A DNA stretch of 64,000 nt, taken from the NCBI GenBank assembly GCA_035285865.1, contig JAYKHS010000016.1, positions 1-64,000 of the forward strand, written 5' to 3'. This DNA is from Candidatus Sericytochromatia bacterium. Its GTDB lineage: Bacteria; Cyanobacteriota; Sericytochromatia; S15B-MN24; VGJW01. Numbering within the stretch: the first letter of the stretch is position 1; the number at the start of each line of letters is the position of its first letter. Below the pieces are notes generated by a model that was not told where the DNA came from, did no database searches, and saw nothing but the letters and a program-made list of their open reading frames with translations. A program made the position numbers and the translations under genes. Below, piece after piece: positions 9,812 through 18,735 of this stretch.

Positions 9812-11796
9812 CAGAACTTCTGTCCAATCGAAAACTGGGGAATGATGGTCGGGAAAGCCTGCTGGGCGGGGTCCCAGCTCCTGATGCCCAGATCGAGCCG
9901 CAGTGGGCCGAATGGGGTAATCAGGCGGAAGCCGAAGCCGTAACCCGAGCGGGTATTTTCCCATTTGAAGGCCGCGCTGCGGTAGGAGCCGGAACCATCG
10001 GGCATCCGGATGGGCGTCTGGTCCCAGAACAGCCCGGTGTCGCCGAAGAGCACGCCTGACAGGATGTTCCAGATCGGGAAACGGTATTCGATGGCACCCA
10101 AGGCCAGCGAGTCGCCCTGGAAGGCACTCGAGGGTCTGCCTGCAGAAGCGTCGAAGACGTTCTCGGCCCAGCCGCGCACGAGGTAGGGACCCATGGAATA
10201 GAACCGCTCGTAGATGGGCACCTTGCCGGACGGCCCGGCAAGCGTCGTGGCGCCCTTGAAACCCATCGCGAGCACGGTACGCTCGGGCCACGCCGGCAGG
10301 TAGACATTCCAGTCGCCCTGCAACTTGAGCACGTCGACCTGACCGAGACCAAGGGCCCCGAGGTAATACTCGGCCGAAACACTGGACAGCACCCCTCGGT
10401 TCGGATTGAGCACGAAGTCCCGGCTGTCATGCGTCAGCGTGGCCCCTACGGAACCGGCCACATCAAAGTCCCGGCCTGACACCGAGTCGGCCGGCGACGG
10501 CACCCATCGGGCCTCCGCCAGGTTCTGGCGCAGGATCTGGACTCGTTCGCCCTTGACGGTAGCCGACGCGCGCCAGCGTGCCGTGACGGGGTCGTCGCCG
10601 AGCGGCACGCCGAAAGACAGCGAACCGCCCTGGCGATCGTCCTGGCTTCCCTGCCCCCCGGGAACCGCCACGTTGAAGACGTTGAAGTAGCGACGGTAGT
10701 AGGCCTGCGCGCCGAATGAGGCCTTCTGCTCGGTGAACCAGGGGTTGAAGTAGCTGATTTCCCCGAACGGGTTCTGGCTGACGCTGAGATCCACGGACAT
10801 GGTCTGGCCGCGCCCCAGAAGGTTCTCCTTGCGGAAGGACAACATGCCGATGAGACCGTCTCGGGACGAGAAACCTGCACTGGCCTGGAAGATGCCGGTC
10901 TGCTTCTCCTTGACGTTGACGACGATGACCACCTTCTGGGGCGTCTCGCCGGGCTCGTACCGCAGACCAAGATCCTCGAAATAATTGAGGTTGTAGAGTC
11001 GACGGAGGTCCTCCTCCATCTTGCGGAAGTTGAACACCTGACCGGGCTTCACGGTCAGTTCTCGCCGGATGACGTATTCCTGCGTGTCTTCGTTGCCCGT
11101 GATCCGAATGGCCTGCACGATGCCCTCGGCCACCTTCAGGGCCAGGACACCGCCGTCCTGAATCTGCATGTCGTAGACACGGGCGAGGACATACCCTTGA
11201 TCGGCGTAGCGCTTTTCCAGATCCTTGATGCGCTTCTGGACCTCCCGCATGTTGAGAATGCGTCCTTGCAGGGCCTTGAAGGTCGCCACGGTCTCGTCTG
11301 CGGACAGCAGGCTCATGCCCTCGATGCGGACCTCCTGCAGGACGGGATTTTCCACCACCCGGACCACCAGGCGCTGCTGGCCTCCCTCGACGTCCTCGAG
11401 ACCGGCGTTGACGTCCCGGAAAAGACCTAGACCATAAACGCGCTGCAGGGCGTCGACGACCTGCTTGCGCGTCACTTCCTCGCCCCGATGGACCGGCAGC
11501 GCCAGCAGAATCTGCTCGTCGGACACGCGGCTGTTGCCCTCGATGCGGATGTCGCCGACCCGGATTCGCGGCGAATCGTCCGGCACCACGGTGGAGGACG
11601 TCGCCGGCGCCACGCTGTCCGTGGCAGGGTCGAGGGCAGGAACCGGGACATCGATCGTCGCAGCCGACTCCTGAGCCTCCGCAACGCCGCACGAAAGCCC
11701 CCAGCCCACGGCCACCGCGAGCAAGGATCTGGTCGAACCGACCACGGCGCCAAGCGGACCCGAAGGCACCGGTCGGGATGACGCGAAACGAAGCAT
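9811..11796 (-). CDS. bamA: Omp85/BamA outer-membrane protein assembly factor (about 3 POTRA domains)
   Basis: POTRA motifs (IRIEGN, ITGNEDTQEYVIRREL), ENLLGRGQ, VRGW, TPFGPLRLD, C-terminal FSIGQKF. Confidence 0.93.
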   Translation of the reverse strand: MLRFASSRPVPSGPLGAVVGSTRSLLAVAVGWGLSCGVAEAQESAATIDVPVPALDPATDSVAPATSSTVVPDDSPRIRVGDIRIEGNSRVSDEQILLALPVHRGEEVTRKQVVDALQRVYGLGLFRDVNAGLEDVEGGQQRLVVRVVENPVLQEVRIEGMSLLSADETVATFKALQGRILNMREVQKRIKDLEKRYADQGYVLARVYDMQIQDGGVLALKVAEGIVQAIRITGNEDTQEYVIRRELTVKPGQVFNFRKMEEDLRRLYNLNYFEDLGLRYEPGETPQKVVIVVNVKEKQTGIFQASAGFSSRDGLIGMLSFRKENLLGRGQTMSVDLSVSQNPFGEISYFNPWFTEQKASFGAQAYYRRYFNVFNVAVPGGQGSQDDRQGGSLSFGVPLGDDPVTARWRASATVKGERVQILRQNLAEARWVPSPADSVSGRDFDVAGSVGATLTHDSRDFVLNPNRGVLSSVSAEYYLGALGLGQVDVLKLQGDWNVYLPAWPERTVLAMGFKGATTLAGPSGKVPIYERFYSMGPYLVRGWAENVFDASAGRPSSAFQGDSLALGAIEYRFPIWNILSGVLFGDTGLFWDQTPIRMPDGSGSYRSAAFKWENTRSGYGFGFRLITPFGPLRLDLGIRSWDPAQQAFPTIIPQFSIGQKF

Positions 11797-11871
11797 CCGC
11801 TAACTTTCAGTAAAGGGAGTGCGTATCCTTCCATTATAAGAGGGGCGCGCGCCCTCCGTCATCCCGCAAGA

Positions 11872-12978
11872 ATGCCCACGGCCACCATCATGGAACACAT
11901 CGTCCGCGCCAGGATTCTCGTCCTGCACCTCTTCGAGTTCGCCGAGGAGGTGAATCTCGCCAAGCTGCGGGCACTCTGGGCCGACAGCACCATCGGCGAG
12001 CTCGTGGGACGCGGCCACCAGCCCGACGCCATCCGGTTCCGGGATCCGCCGGTGGTGCTGCCTCTGGGCCATCGGCCGTTGACGAACGAGCATGCCGGAA
12101 CCGTGCGGGCCAAAGTCCATGACTTCGGCATCGTCAGCCTCGTGTGGACCCTGCCGTTCAGCGGCACCTGGGAAGCCCTCATCGAGGAGAGTGCCCGATT
12201 GCAGGCGGACCTCGGCATCGAGTCCGTCGCGCGTCAACTTCTGGGAGAGATCACCCCTCGGCTCGAGGCGGCAGCCGTCGGCCCCATCGGCCGCTCCAAG
12301 CTGGTCGAGGACTACTTCATCACCTATGTCGAAGCCTTCGACACGCCGGTGCGGGCGGACGACCTGCTGGCACGCAAGGGAGACGAGCTCGCCCGGGTGC
12401 TGCGAGGCGAGCGAGGCGAGATGAGCAGGGACGAGCGCAGCGACGCCCTGCGCCTGCATCATTCGTACCGCAGCGACGACCTCGTCATCGTCACGTGGAA
12501 CAGCGCCTTCGTGCTGGATCCCGAGCAGAGCACGGACCACCTCGACATCATCGAGTTCGCCAACGCCCAGCTGCTTGACCTCCGCTATTACGACGAGATG
12601 CTCGAGGCCGAGTTGGGCGCGGTCTACGACGGCTTCTCCGGCAAGACCGGCGGCAGCCGCCGACGCCGCCTCGCCCGAACGTCCAAGAAGCTGATGCAGC
12701 TGATGATCGAGATCTACGACGTCCAGGACAAGGTCCGCAACGCCATCAAGATCACCGCCGACGTCTACCTCGCCCGAATCTACCGCATGACGGGGGAGAG
12801 CCTGCGGCTCGGCCGGTGGGAAGAGATGGTGGATGCCAAGCTCAGGATCGTCCAGCAGGTCGCCCAACTGCTGCTGGAGGAGATGAACCAGAAGCGTTCG
12901 GTGGTGCTCGAACTGATGGTGATCTTCCTGATCCTCATCGAAGTGATCATGGCCTTCGTCGGCCCGCATCACCCCTGA
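11872..12978 (+). CDS. Conserved hypothetical membrane-anchored protein (RMD1/DUF155- or CorA-like architecture)
   Basis: Long ORF with typical codon bias; C-terminal LELMVIFLILIEV TM helix after a helical region. Confidence 0.6.
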   Translation: MPTATIMEHIVRARILVLHLFEFAEEVNLAKLRALWADSTIGELVGRGHQPDAIRFRDPPVVLPLGHRPLTNEHAGTVRAKVHDFGIVSLVWTLPFSGTWEALIEESARLQADLGIESVARQLLGEITPRLEAAAVGPIGRSKLVEDYFITYVEAFDTPVRADDLLARKGDELARVLRGERGEMSRDERSDALRLHHSYRSDDLVIVTWNSAFVLDPEQSTDHLDIIEFANAQLLDLRYYDEMLEAELGAVYDGFSGKTGGSRRRRLARTSKKLMQLMIEIYDVQDKVRNAIKITADVYLARIYRMTGESLRLGRWEEMVDAKLRIVQQVAQLLLEEMNQKRSVVLELMVIFLILIEVIMAFVGPHHP

Positions 12979-13001
12979 AAAAAGAATTGGAAAAGTTTTC
13001 T

Positions 13002-13029
13002 TTGCCTTAGCAAGTCCAGACGTTAAGCT
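13002..13029 (+). promoter_or_regulatory. Putative sigma70 promoter
   Basis: TTGCCT-N16-TAAGCT with an AT-rich UP-like tract just upstream. Confidence 0.5.
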
Positions 13030-13035
13030 GCCGAC

Positions 13036-13223
13036 AACCCTTCTGTCCCCAATAGAAACAGACACACATCGGGCCCAGCCCCAGGAGGTCGTCGCTTCCA
13101 CGAAGGTTCCCGTCCACCCCCCTCCTCACCGGACGCAGAACCACCCCCGTCGTGGCTTCGACCACCCCTGTAGAACCCTTATCTGATTCCCTTGACCTGA
13201 TGGCCGCCGAAAGGCGGCCTTTT
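13036..13223 (+). ncRNA. Candidate structured small RNA (unclassified)
   Basis: Sits between a promoter and a terminator with no credible ORF; nested helices CAGG/CCUG, GGUCG/CGACC, CCACGA/UCGUGG, GGUUC/GAACC, CGUCC/GGACG. Confidence 0.55.
13202..13223 (+). terminator. Intrinsic terminator
   Basis: GGCCGCC-GAAA-GGCGGCC followed by TTTT. Confidence 0.85.
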
Positions 13224-13239
13224 CCTTTGGGGGAAACGC

Positions 13240-14151
13240 TCAGGCTGGAAGCGACACGAGACGCAACAGGGTCGCCCGTCGTCCGTTGGTCGCGAGAACC
13301 TTGCAGCGCACGCCGGCATCCGATGCCAGCATGACCTCATCCCCGGGCTCGGGCGTCCGGCCAAGCACGCCGAAGACCAGCCCTGCGAGCGTGTTGTAAT
13401 CCTCGCTGGGCAAGTCAAGGCCGAGTCGCTGGTTGACTTCCACGATGGAAACGAGGCCGCGGACTGACCACGTCCCGTCCGCTTCCCGGGCAAAGTCCGG
13501 CAGCCCGGGGCGCAGCTCGTCGTGAACCTCCCCGGCAAGCTGCCCGAGCAGGTCATTGATGGTGACCATGCCGGCCGTCCCCCCGAACTCGTCCAGCACG
13601 ATGGCCAGATGGGTCCGAGTCGTCTGGAATTCGTGGAGCATCTGGTGGACGGGCTTGTTGACCGGTACCGCGAGGACCGGCCGGATCAAATCGCGGGCGA
13701 CCAGGTCACCCGGTGCACCACCGGCGACCCGCATCAGGTCCTTGGCGTGCAGGAAACCGATGATCTTGTCCAGATCGCCCTCATGCACCGGAATCCGATT
13801 GTGGGCGCTGGTACCGAAGGTCCGGAACACTTGGGCGATGGGCGTGTCGGCAGCCACGCAAACCATGTCCGGACGCGGGACCATGAGGGCCCCCACGGTC
13901 TTGCCGGTGAAGCCCATGGCGTTGTGCACGATCTGCCGCTGGGCCGCCGTGGCACCGTGCAGGGCGCCGGTAATCGCGCCAGACAACGCCTCCCCACCTT
14001 CGACGAGGATGCGCTTCACGCGATCGGGAAACCAGCGGAGCAGGACCTGGAGCCGGCCCGGCCGTGCCGACAACCAGATGGCGCCGAGCACGACGAGCAA
14101 GAGGTCCGTCACCACGAGGGCAACGAACCCGATCGAGAGAGCCTGGGACAG
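13240..14151 (-). CDS. Hemolysin-family CBS-pair / CorC_HlyC transporter-associated protein (start uncertain)
   Basis: LMVPRPDMV, HNRIPV, AIVLDEFGGTAGMVTINDLL, YNTLAGLV. Confidence 0.88.
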   Translation of the reverse strand: MSQALSIGFVALVVTDLLLVVLGAIWLSARPGRLQVLLRWFPDRVKRILVEGGEALSGAITGALHGATAAQRQIVHNAMGFTGKTVGALMVPRPDMVCVAADTPIAQVFRTFGTSAHNRIPVHEGDLDKIIGFLHAKDLMRVAGGAPGDLVARDLIRPVLAVPVNKPVHQMLHEFQTTRTHLAIVLDEFGGTAGMVTINDLLGQLAGEVHDELRPGLPDFAREADGTWSVRGLVSIVEVNQRLGLDLPSEDYNTLAGLVFGVLGRTPEPGDEVMLASDAGVRCKVLATNGRRATLLRLVSLPA

Positions 14152-14162
14152 TGGGGTGGCCT

Positions 14163-14678
14163 TCAGGATGCGAAGCGTGCTCTCAACTGCGCAAGGCGTT
14201 TCTGGTACTCGGGCGAACCCATGTGCTCGGTCCACATGACGAGGGCATCTTCACCATCATTCTGGTAATACCCACGACGACGACCCAGCGACTCGAACCC
14301 GTACTTTTTGTACAGTGCCTGCGCCCCGATGTTCGAGACCCGAACCTCGAGCGTCATCCATCGGGCCCCGCGTTCGAGTGCGGCTTCAATCAAGGCGATG
14401 AGCAGCTGCTCTCCAAGGCCCTGCCCCTGTTGGTCGGGATGGACCGCGACCGTCGTCACGTGGGCTTCCTCGAGGATCAGCCAGAAGCCGGCGTACCCCA
14501 CGATCGCGTCATCGAGCAGGAGCACGACGTAGGTGCTGCAGGCCTGGTCGAGTTCGTCGCGGAACGACTGCACGGTCCAGTGGTCTCCGAAACACAGTGC
14601 CTCGATCGGCAGCAGGGCAGGTATATCGGCGTAGGTCATCGGCCGGATGGTGCCCTGCCTGGCCGCACGACGCGTCAT
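14163..14678 (-). CDS. rimI: Ribosomal protein S18-alanine N-acetyltransferase
   Basis: EAHVTTVAVHP, QGQGLG, LEVRVSN, RRGYY, EDALVM. Confidence 0.95.
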   Translation of the reverse strand: MTRRAARQGTIRPMTYADIPALLPIEALCFGDHWTVQSFRDELDQACSTYVVLLLDDAIVGYAGFWLILEEAHVTTVAVHPDQQGQGLGEQLLIALIEAALERGARWMTLEVRVSNIGAQALYKKYGFESLGRRRGYYQNDGEDALVMWTEHMGSPEYQKRLAQLRARFAS

Positions 14679-15370
14679 GCACGCTCCTCCTGCGCGGCGA
14701 ATGCCCGGGCCATGGCGGGCTCCCGCATGTAGCGCGGCTGCAGCTCAGCCACGCCCTCTCCACCCTCACGCAGGCAAGGCAGGGCCAGTTCCGCCACCAC
14801 CGCCGGGCGAAGCACATGCAGCAACGGTGGGGGCACGGCAGCACCCGCATCGGCCTGAAGGCGCTCGCGATGCACCAGCGCCCCTTCACCCACGCAAGTC
14901 GCCGCCAGGCCCCCGATGGCCGAGATCAGCGATTCGACGGGCTCGAGACGCCCGGTACGGACCAAGTGCATCCCGGCGTCGGTCGACTCCCAGACACCAC
15001 TGAAGACCATGCCGCGTCGCGCATCGAGCAGCGCGACCACGTGACCCCGGACCATCACGGAATGCGCCAGCGCTTCAAGGGCATCGACGCCCGCGATCGG
15101 CAGGCCTCGGACATGGGCCAGAGTACGCGCGAAGACCACGCCAGCCCGCACGCCCGTGAATCCGCCCGGCCCGGCCACGACCGCCACGCCCTCGATGTCG
15201 GCCACGCACATCCCGGCCTGCTCCAGGAGACGCTCCACCATCGGCACCAACGCCTCGGAGTGGCCGCGACCTGCAGCCTGTGGCGGTGTCGTCCACTCAT
15301 GGCACCCGTTCGCCCCCGACAGAGCAACCCCCATGGCGTCCGTCGCCGTATTGACCGCAAGGACGTTCAT
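14675..15370 (-). CDS. tsaB: tRNA t6A biosynthesis protein TsaB
   Basis: VLAVNTAT, HSEALVP, GPGGFTGVRAG, DARRG. Confidence 0.95.
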   Translation of the reverse strand: MNVLAVNTATDAMGVALSGANGCHEWTTPPQAAGRGHSEALVPMVERLLEQAGMCVADIEGVAVVAGPGGFTGVRAGVVFARTLAHVRGLPIAGVDALEALAHSVMVRGHVVALLDARRGMVFSGVWESTDAGMHLVRTGRLEPVESLISAIGGLAATCVGEGALVHRERLQADAGAAVPPPLLHVLRPAVVAELALPCLREGGEGVAELQPRYMREPAMARAFAAQEERA

Positions 15371-15831
15371 GGCGACAGCTCCGCTTCGTCAAGCCAACGG
15401 GCTCCCCTCGCCGAGCGTGGTCCAAGGCGAGCCATCCGCGATTCCCCCTCGACCGACAGGCAAACCTGAAGGTCAAGCGGCCAGGCTTCGCCAAGGCGCT
15501 CGGGCCACTCGACCACGACCACGGCCCCATCCTCGAACCACTCCCACGGCCCGAGCGGCGCCAACTCTTCAGGCTCGAGCCGGTACAGGTCGATGTGGCG
15601 CAGGGCCAGTCGTCCCGAATATTCATGGACCAACGCGAAAGTCGGGCTGGTGACGGCATCCTGGACACCCAACCCGCACGCCAACCCCTGAGTAAGGGTG
15701 GTCTTGCCCGCTCCCAGACCGCCCGTCAGCCAGAGGATGTCCCCGGGCCGGGCCACACGACCGAGCACCGCGCCGAGCGCCTGCGTTTCCTCGGCACCAG
15801 CCAGCATCAGGCAAACATCGGACATGGGCAT
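15367..15831 (-). CDS. tsaE: tRNA t6A biosynthesis ATPase TsaE
   Basis: C-terminal part of the long ORF: LTGGLGAGKT, VTSPTFAL, HIDLYRL, VVEWPER. Confidence 0.95.
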   Translation of the reverse strand: MPMSDVCLMLAGAEETQALGAVLGRVARPGDILWLTGGLGAGKTTLTQGLACGLGVQDAVTSPTFALVHEYSGRLALRHIDLYRLEPEELAPLGPWEWFEDGAVVVVEWPERLGEAWPLDLQVCLSVEGESRMARLGPRSARGARWLDEAELSP

Positions 15832-15840
15832 GAGGGTGGC

Positions 15841-16020
15841 GCGCGGGGGGCCCAATGGGCCGGGGGTGCTTGAACCTGCACGAAGCAGGTGGGTGCCCTC
15901 CCGGGGAACGTCCATTTCCGTCTGCTCGGACGGTCTACGTCGGTTCTCCGAAGCTCTCGGGCTCCCTTTTTGGAGATTGTAGCCCAAGCACGGGCCCGGG
16001 TCCGAGGGTCCCCCGCGTCC
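15841..16020 (-). ncRNA. ssrS: 6S RNA
   Basis: About 180-nt rod: GCGGGGGACCC/GGGCCCCCCGC and GUGCUUGGGC/GUUCAAGCAC closing helices, central bubble ACAAUCUCCAAAAA, GGGAGCCC/GGGCACCC, and the 6S-typical GGCACCCACCUG...CAGGUUCAA. Confidence 0.85.
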
Positions 16021-16027
16021 GAAGCGG

Positions 16028-16056
16028 AATTTAGCACGGGTCCGGAGGCGATTCAA
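16028..16056 (-). promoter_or_regulatory. sigma70 promoter for 6S RNA / tsaE operon
   Basis: TTGAAT-N17-TAAATT with an extended TG. Confidence 0.7.
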
Positions 16057-16074
16057 GATGCCCGGGACCGGCGC

Positions 16075-16101
16075 TAAAGTCCGCCTGGAGGTCTCCGACA
16101 A
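16075..16101 (+). promoter_or_regulatory. sigma28 (FliA/SigD)-type promoter
   Basis: TAAA-N15-TCCGACAA versus consensus TAAA-N15-GCCGATAA; ends 36 nt before the glycosyltransferase ATG. Confidence 0.6.
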
Positions 16102-16137
16102 ATGACATAAAGGTCCATCCCGAAGGAGAACCAGACC

Positions 16138-18555
16138 ATGGCATTGCGGATCGCGAAGGCCCGCCTCACCCGGACTCCGGCCACACTTCTGCGCGAGGCC
16201 TATGCCGCCATCGAGCGCCAGGACAGGCCCGAGGCCATCGCCCGCCTGCTGGATCTGCTGGAGCTTACCCCTGACGATGCGACATCTTACAGGCATCTGG
16301 CTGTCCTGCTCGTCGACGAGGGGGCGCTTGACCGGGCCCTGCTGTCCGCGCGGGAAGCACTGCGGCTCGAACCGGATCAGGCGGATACCTGCAACGTGCT
16401 GGGCTTCATCCTGTACCAGCTGGGCTGGACCCGGACGGCGACCATGGCCTTCCGTCGAGCCCTCGCCCTGCAGGAAGACCATCCGGGTGCGCGGGAGAAC
16501 CTGCTGGCGTGCATCGCACACGAGCGGAATCAGGGCTCTGCGGAAGAGCCTGCCGAGCTGGACGCCGTGCGCACCATGCTGGAGGTGCGTCAGCCCCGGC
16601 TGTCCCTCTGCATGATCGTCAAGAATGAGGAAGAGGTTCTCGACGCCTGCCTCTCGAGCGTGCGGGGCTTCGTGGACGAGATCTGCATCGTCGACACCGG
16701 CTCGACCGACGGAACGCTCGCGATCGCCGAAGCTCACGGCGCACGCATCGGCCACCACGCCTGGACCGGGGACTTCGCCGAAGCCCGGAACAAGTCCCTC
16801 GAGATGGCGACCGGAGACTGGATCCTCGTGCTGGATGCTGACGAGGAGCTCGCGCCGGAGTCCGGCCCCTTGCTGCGCGAGACGCTGCGCCGCAGGGACC
16901 ACGGGGCCTTCGGCCTGGTGATTGACAACGCCTTGGGTGGAGGCGCGGGAGAAGTCCAGCGCGCCACCATCCTGCGCCTGTTCCGCAACCTCCCCGAGAT
17001 GCGCTTCTGGGGGCGCGTCCACGAGCAGATCTTCCCGGCAATGAACGAGGTCGGCGTGACGAGCGGCGAGGTCGCTGTCCGCCTGATCCACAAGGGCTAT
17101 ACCGAGGAGATGATGACCCGCCGGAACAAGAACCAGCGGAATCTCGACCTGCTGTTGCAGCAGGAACGCGAACTGCCCGAACCGCATCCGTACAACCAGT
17201 TCCACCTGGGCAACCAGTACAAGCGCCTCGGTGAGCCCGGGAAGGCCGAGCAGCATTACCGCAAGGCGATCGAACTGCTCCATGCCGTGGACCCGTGGAC
17301 CCGTGCCCCGTATCACGCGCCGCTGCTTTATGGCCTGGTCCTGGTCCTGCGGGAACGCGGCGCGCTCGAGGAAGCAGCAGAGTGGGCCGAGAAGGCCATA
17401 CGGATCTTCCCCGACTCGGCGAACTGCCTGCACCAGCTTGCGCTGATTCGCCTGAGCCAGGGGGACGTGGACACGGCGATGGAGGTTCTCGACAGGGTCC
17501 TGACCCTTAAGGATCGCCCGTTCGCGGGTGGTACTGACCTCGGCGTCTTCGACTACCTCAACGATGCAGCCAGAGGTGTATGCCTCGCCCGCCAAGGCAA
17601 GCTGGACGAGGCTCGCGAGTGCCTCCAGCGCGCCGTGGACGCCTCACCCAAGGCCTTGCCGGCAGTGGAGGTCAACTTGGCCACGGTCGAACTGGCCAAG
17701 GGCATGGACCTCGCGGGCACGGACCGGCTGGCGCGCATCGTGGCCGAGCATCCCGAGGAAGCCGGCGCCTGGCTCCTGCTCGCGCAGCATCACATCAAGC
17801 GGGGCAACCTCGCCGAGTCCTTGGCCCTGCTGGGGCAGGCCTGCAGCACACATCCCGAGATTCCTGACTTCCATCACGAACGGGCGGATCTGCTGCTGCG
17901 GTTGGGTCGCGTCGAGGAGGCCATCCGGGTGCTCGAAAAGATGCACTCCCTCGCTGAGGGTACCCGCCGTGCGGGGATCACGCTCGGCGTGGCTCGTCTC
18001 ATCCGCGGCGATGCGGATGCAGGTACCCGCCTCAAGGCCGATGCGATGGCATCGGACGATGCGGAGACACGCAAGGCGTGGTTGGCGACGGCCCACCTCC
18101 TCGACTGCTGCCTTGGCCTTCCCGGGGAGCCTGGCGACCTCCTCGCCGTGGGCTTCGCGCCTGCCGAGTTCCGCGCCCAGTGGCAGGGACTCCTCCGTAC
18201 GCTGCTTGCCCACGGCCGTGCAGACGCCATCGAGCACATGTTGCGGGTGCAGGCGACTCATGAGGCCGCGCTCCCCGGTCTGGGCAAGGACCTCGCCATC
18301 ATCCTGCTGGGTGCGGGATTCGAAGATCCTGCTCTTGCCCTGCTGCTGGCCCATCGCGAAAGCCACCCGGAAGACGCGACGACCTACTTGCACCTCGCTC
18401 GGATCTGCCTTGCGCGCAACCTGTTCGAGGACGGTGTGGAGTTGCTGCAAGAAAGCATCCGTCTCGATCCCGGGCTGAGCATGGCACGCCGCATGCTCGT
18501 GCGGATGCGCAAACTGGCACGCGCGGCCGCCACGACCGCCGCTTCGGCATCCTGA
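16138..18555 (+). CDS. TPR-containing family 2 glycosyltransferase (probable flagellin glycosyltransferase)
   Basis: LSLCMIVKNEE, IVDTGSTD, FAEARN, LVLDADE, GRVHEQ, HKGY; TPRs on both sides; GAAGGAG RBS. Confidence 0.92.
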   Translation: MALRIAKARLTRTPATLLREAYAAIERQDRPEAIARLLDLLELTPDDATSYRHLAVLLVDEGALDRALLSAREALRLEPDQADTCNVLGFILYQLGWTRTATMAFRRALALQEDHPGARENLLACIAHERNQGSAEEPAELDAVRTMLEVRQPRLSLCMIVKNEEEVLDACLSSVRGFVDEICIVDTGSTDGTLAIAEAHGARIGHHAWTGDFAEARNKSLEMATGDWILVLDADEELAPESGPLLRETLRRRDHGAFGLVIDNALGGGAGEVQRATILRLFRNLPEMRFWGRVHEQIFPAMNEVGVTSGEVAVRLIHKGYTEEMMTRRNKNQRNLDLLLQQERELPEPHPYNQFHLGNQYKRLGEPGKAEQHYRKAIELLHAVDPWTRAPYHAPLLYGLVLVLRERGALEEAAEWAEKAIRIFPDSANCLHQLALIRLSQGDVDTAMEVLDRVLTLKDRPFAGGTDLGVFDYLNDAARGVCLARQGKLDEARECLQRAVDASPKALPAVEVNLATVELAKGMDLAGTDRLARIVAEHPEEAGAWLLLAQHHIKRGNLAESLALLGQACSTHPEIPDFHHERADLLLRLGRVEEAIRVLEKMHSLAEGTRRAGITLGVARLIRGDADAGTRLKADAMASDDAETRKAWLATAHLLDCCLGLPGEPGDLLAVGFAPAEFRAQWQGLLRTLLAHGRADAIEHMLRVQATHEAALPGLGKDLAIILLGAGFEDPALALLLAHRESHPEDATTYLHLARICLARNLFEDGVELLQESIRLDPGLSMARRMLVRMRKLARAAATTAASAS

Positions 18556-18574
18556 AAGACAGAACAGCGGATCC

Positions 18575-18610
18575 ACCGGGCCGGGCAGCCCATGGCTTGC
18601 CCGGCCCGGT
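18575..18610 (+). terminator. GC-rich hairpin after the glycosyltransferase
   Basis: ACCGGGCCGGGCA...TGCCCGGCCCGGT; no U-tract. Confidence 0.55.
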
Positions 18611-18735
18611 CCTCATCGGCGCATGGCAGGAGGCACCCGCCATGCCATCCTCGTGGGTGGCGCGCAGCCGCACACGGGAGTCCGACGCACACCTGCCTGC
18701 CCGCCCCTGGCAGCGCGTGGGCGACCCAGCCCCCA

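Noticed and set aside
15367..17595. 742-aa minus-strand ORF as a TsaE fusion
   Set aside because: Only the last 154 aa are TsaE; the rest is the antisense shadow of the glycosyltransferase and runs through the 6S RNA.
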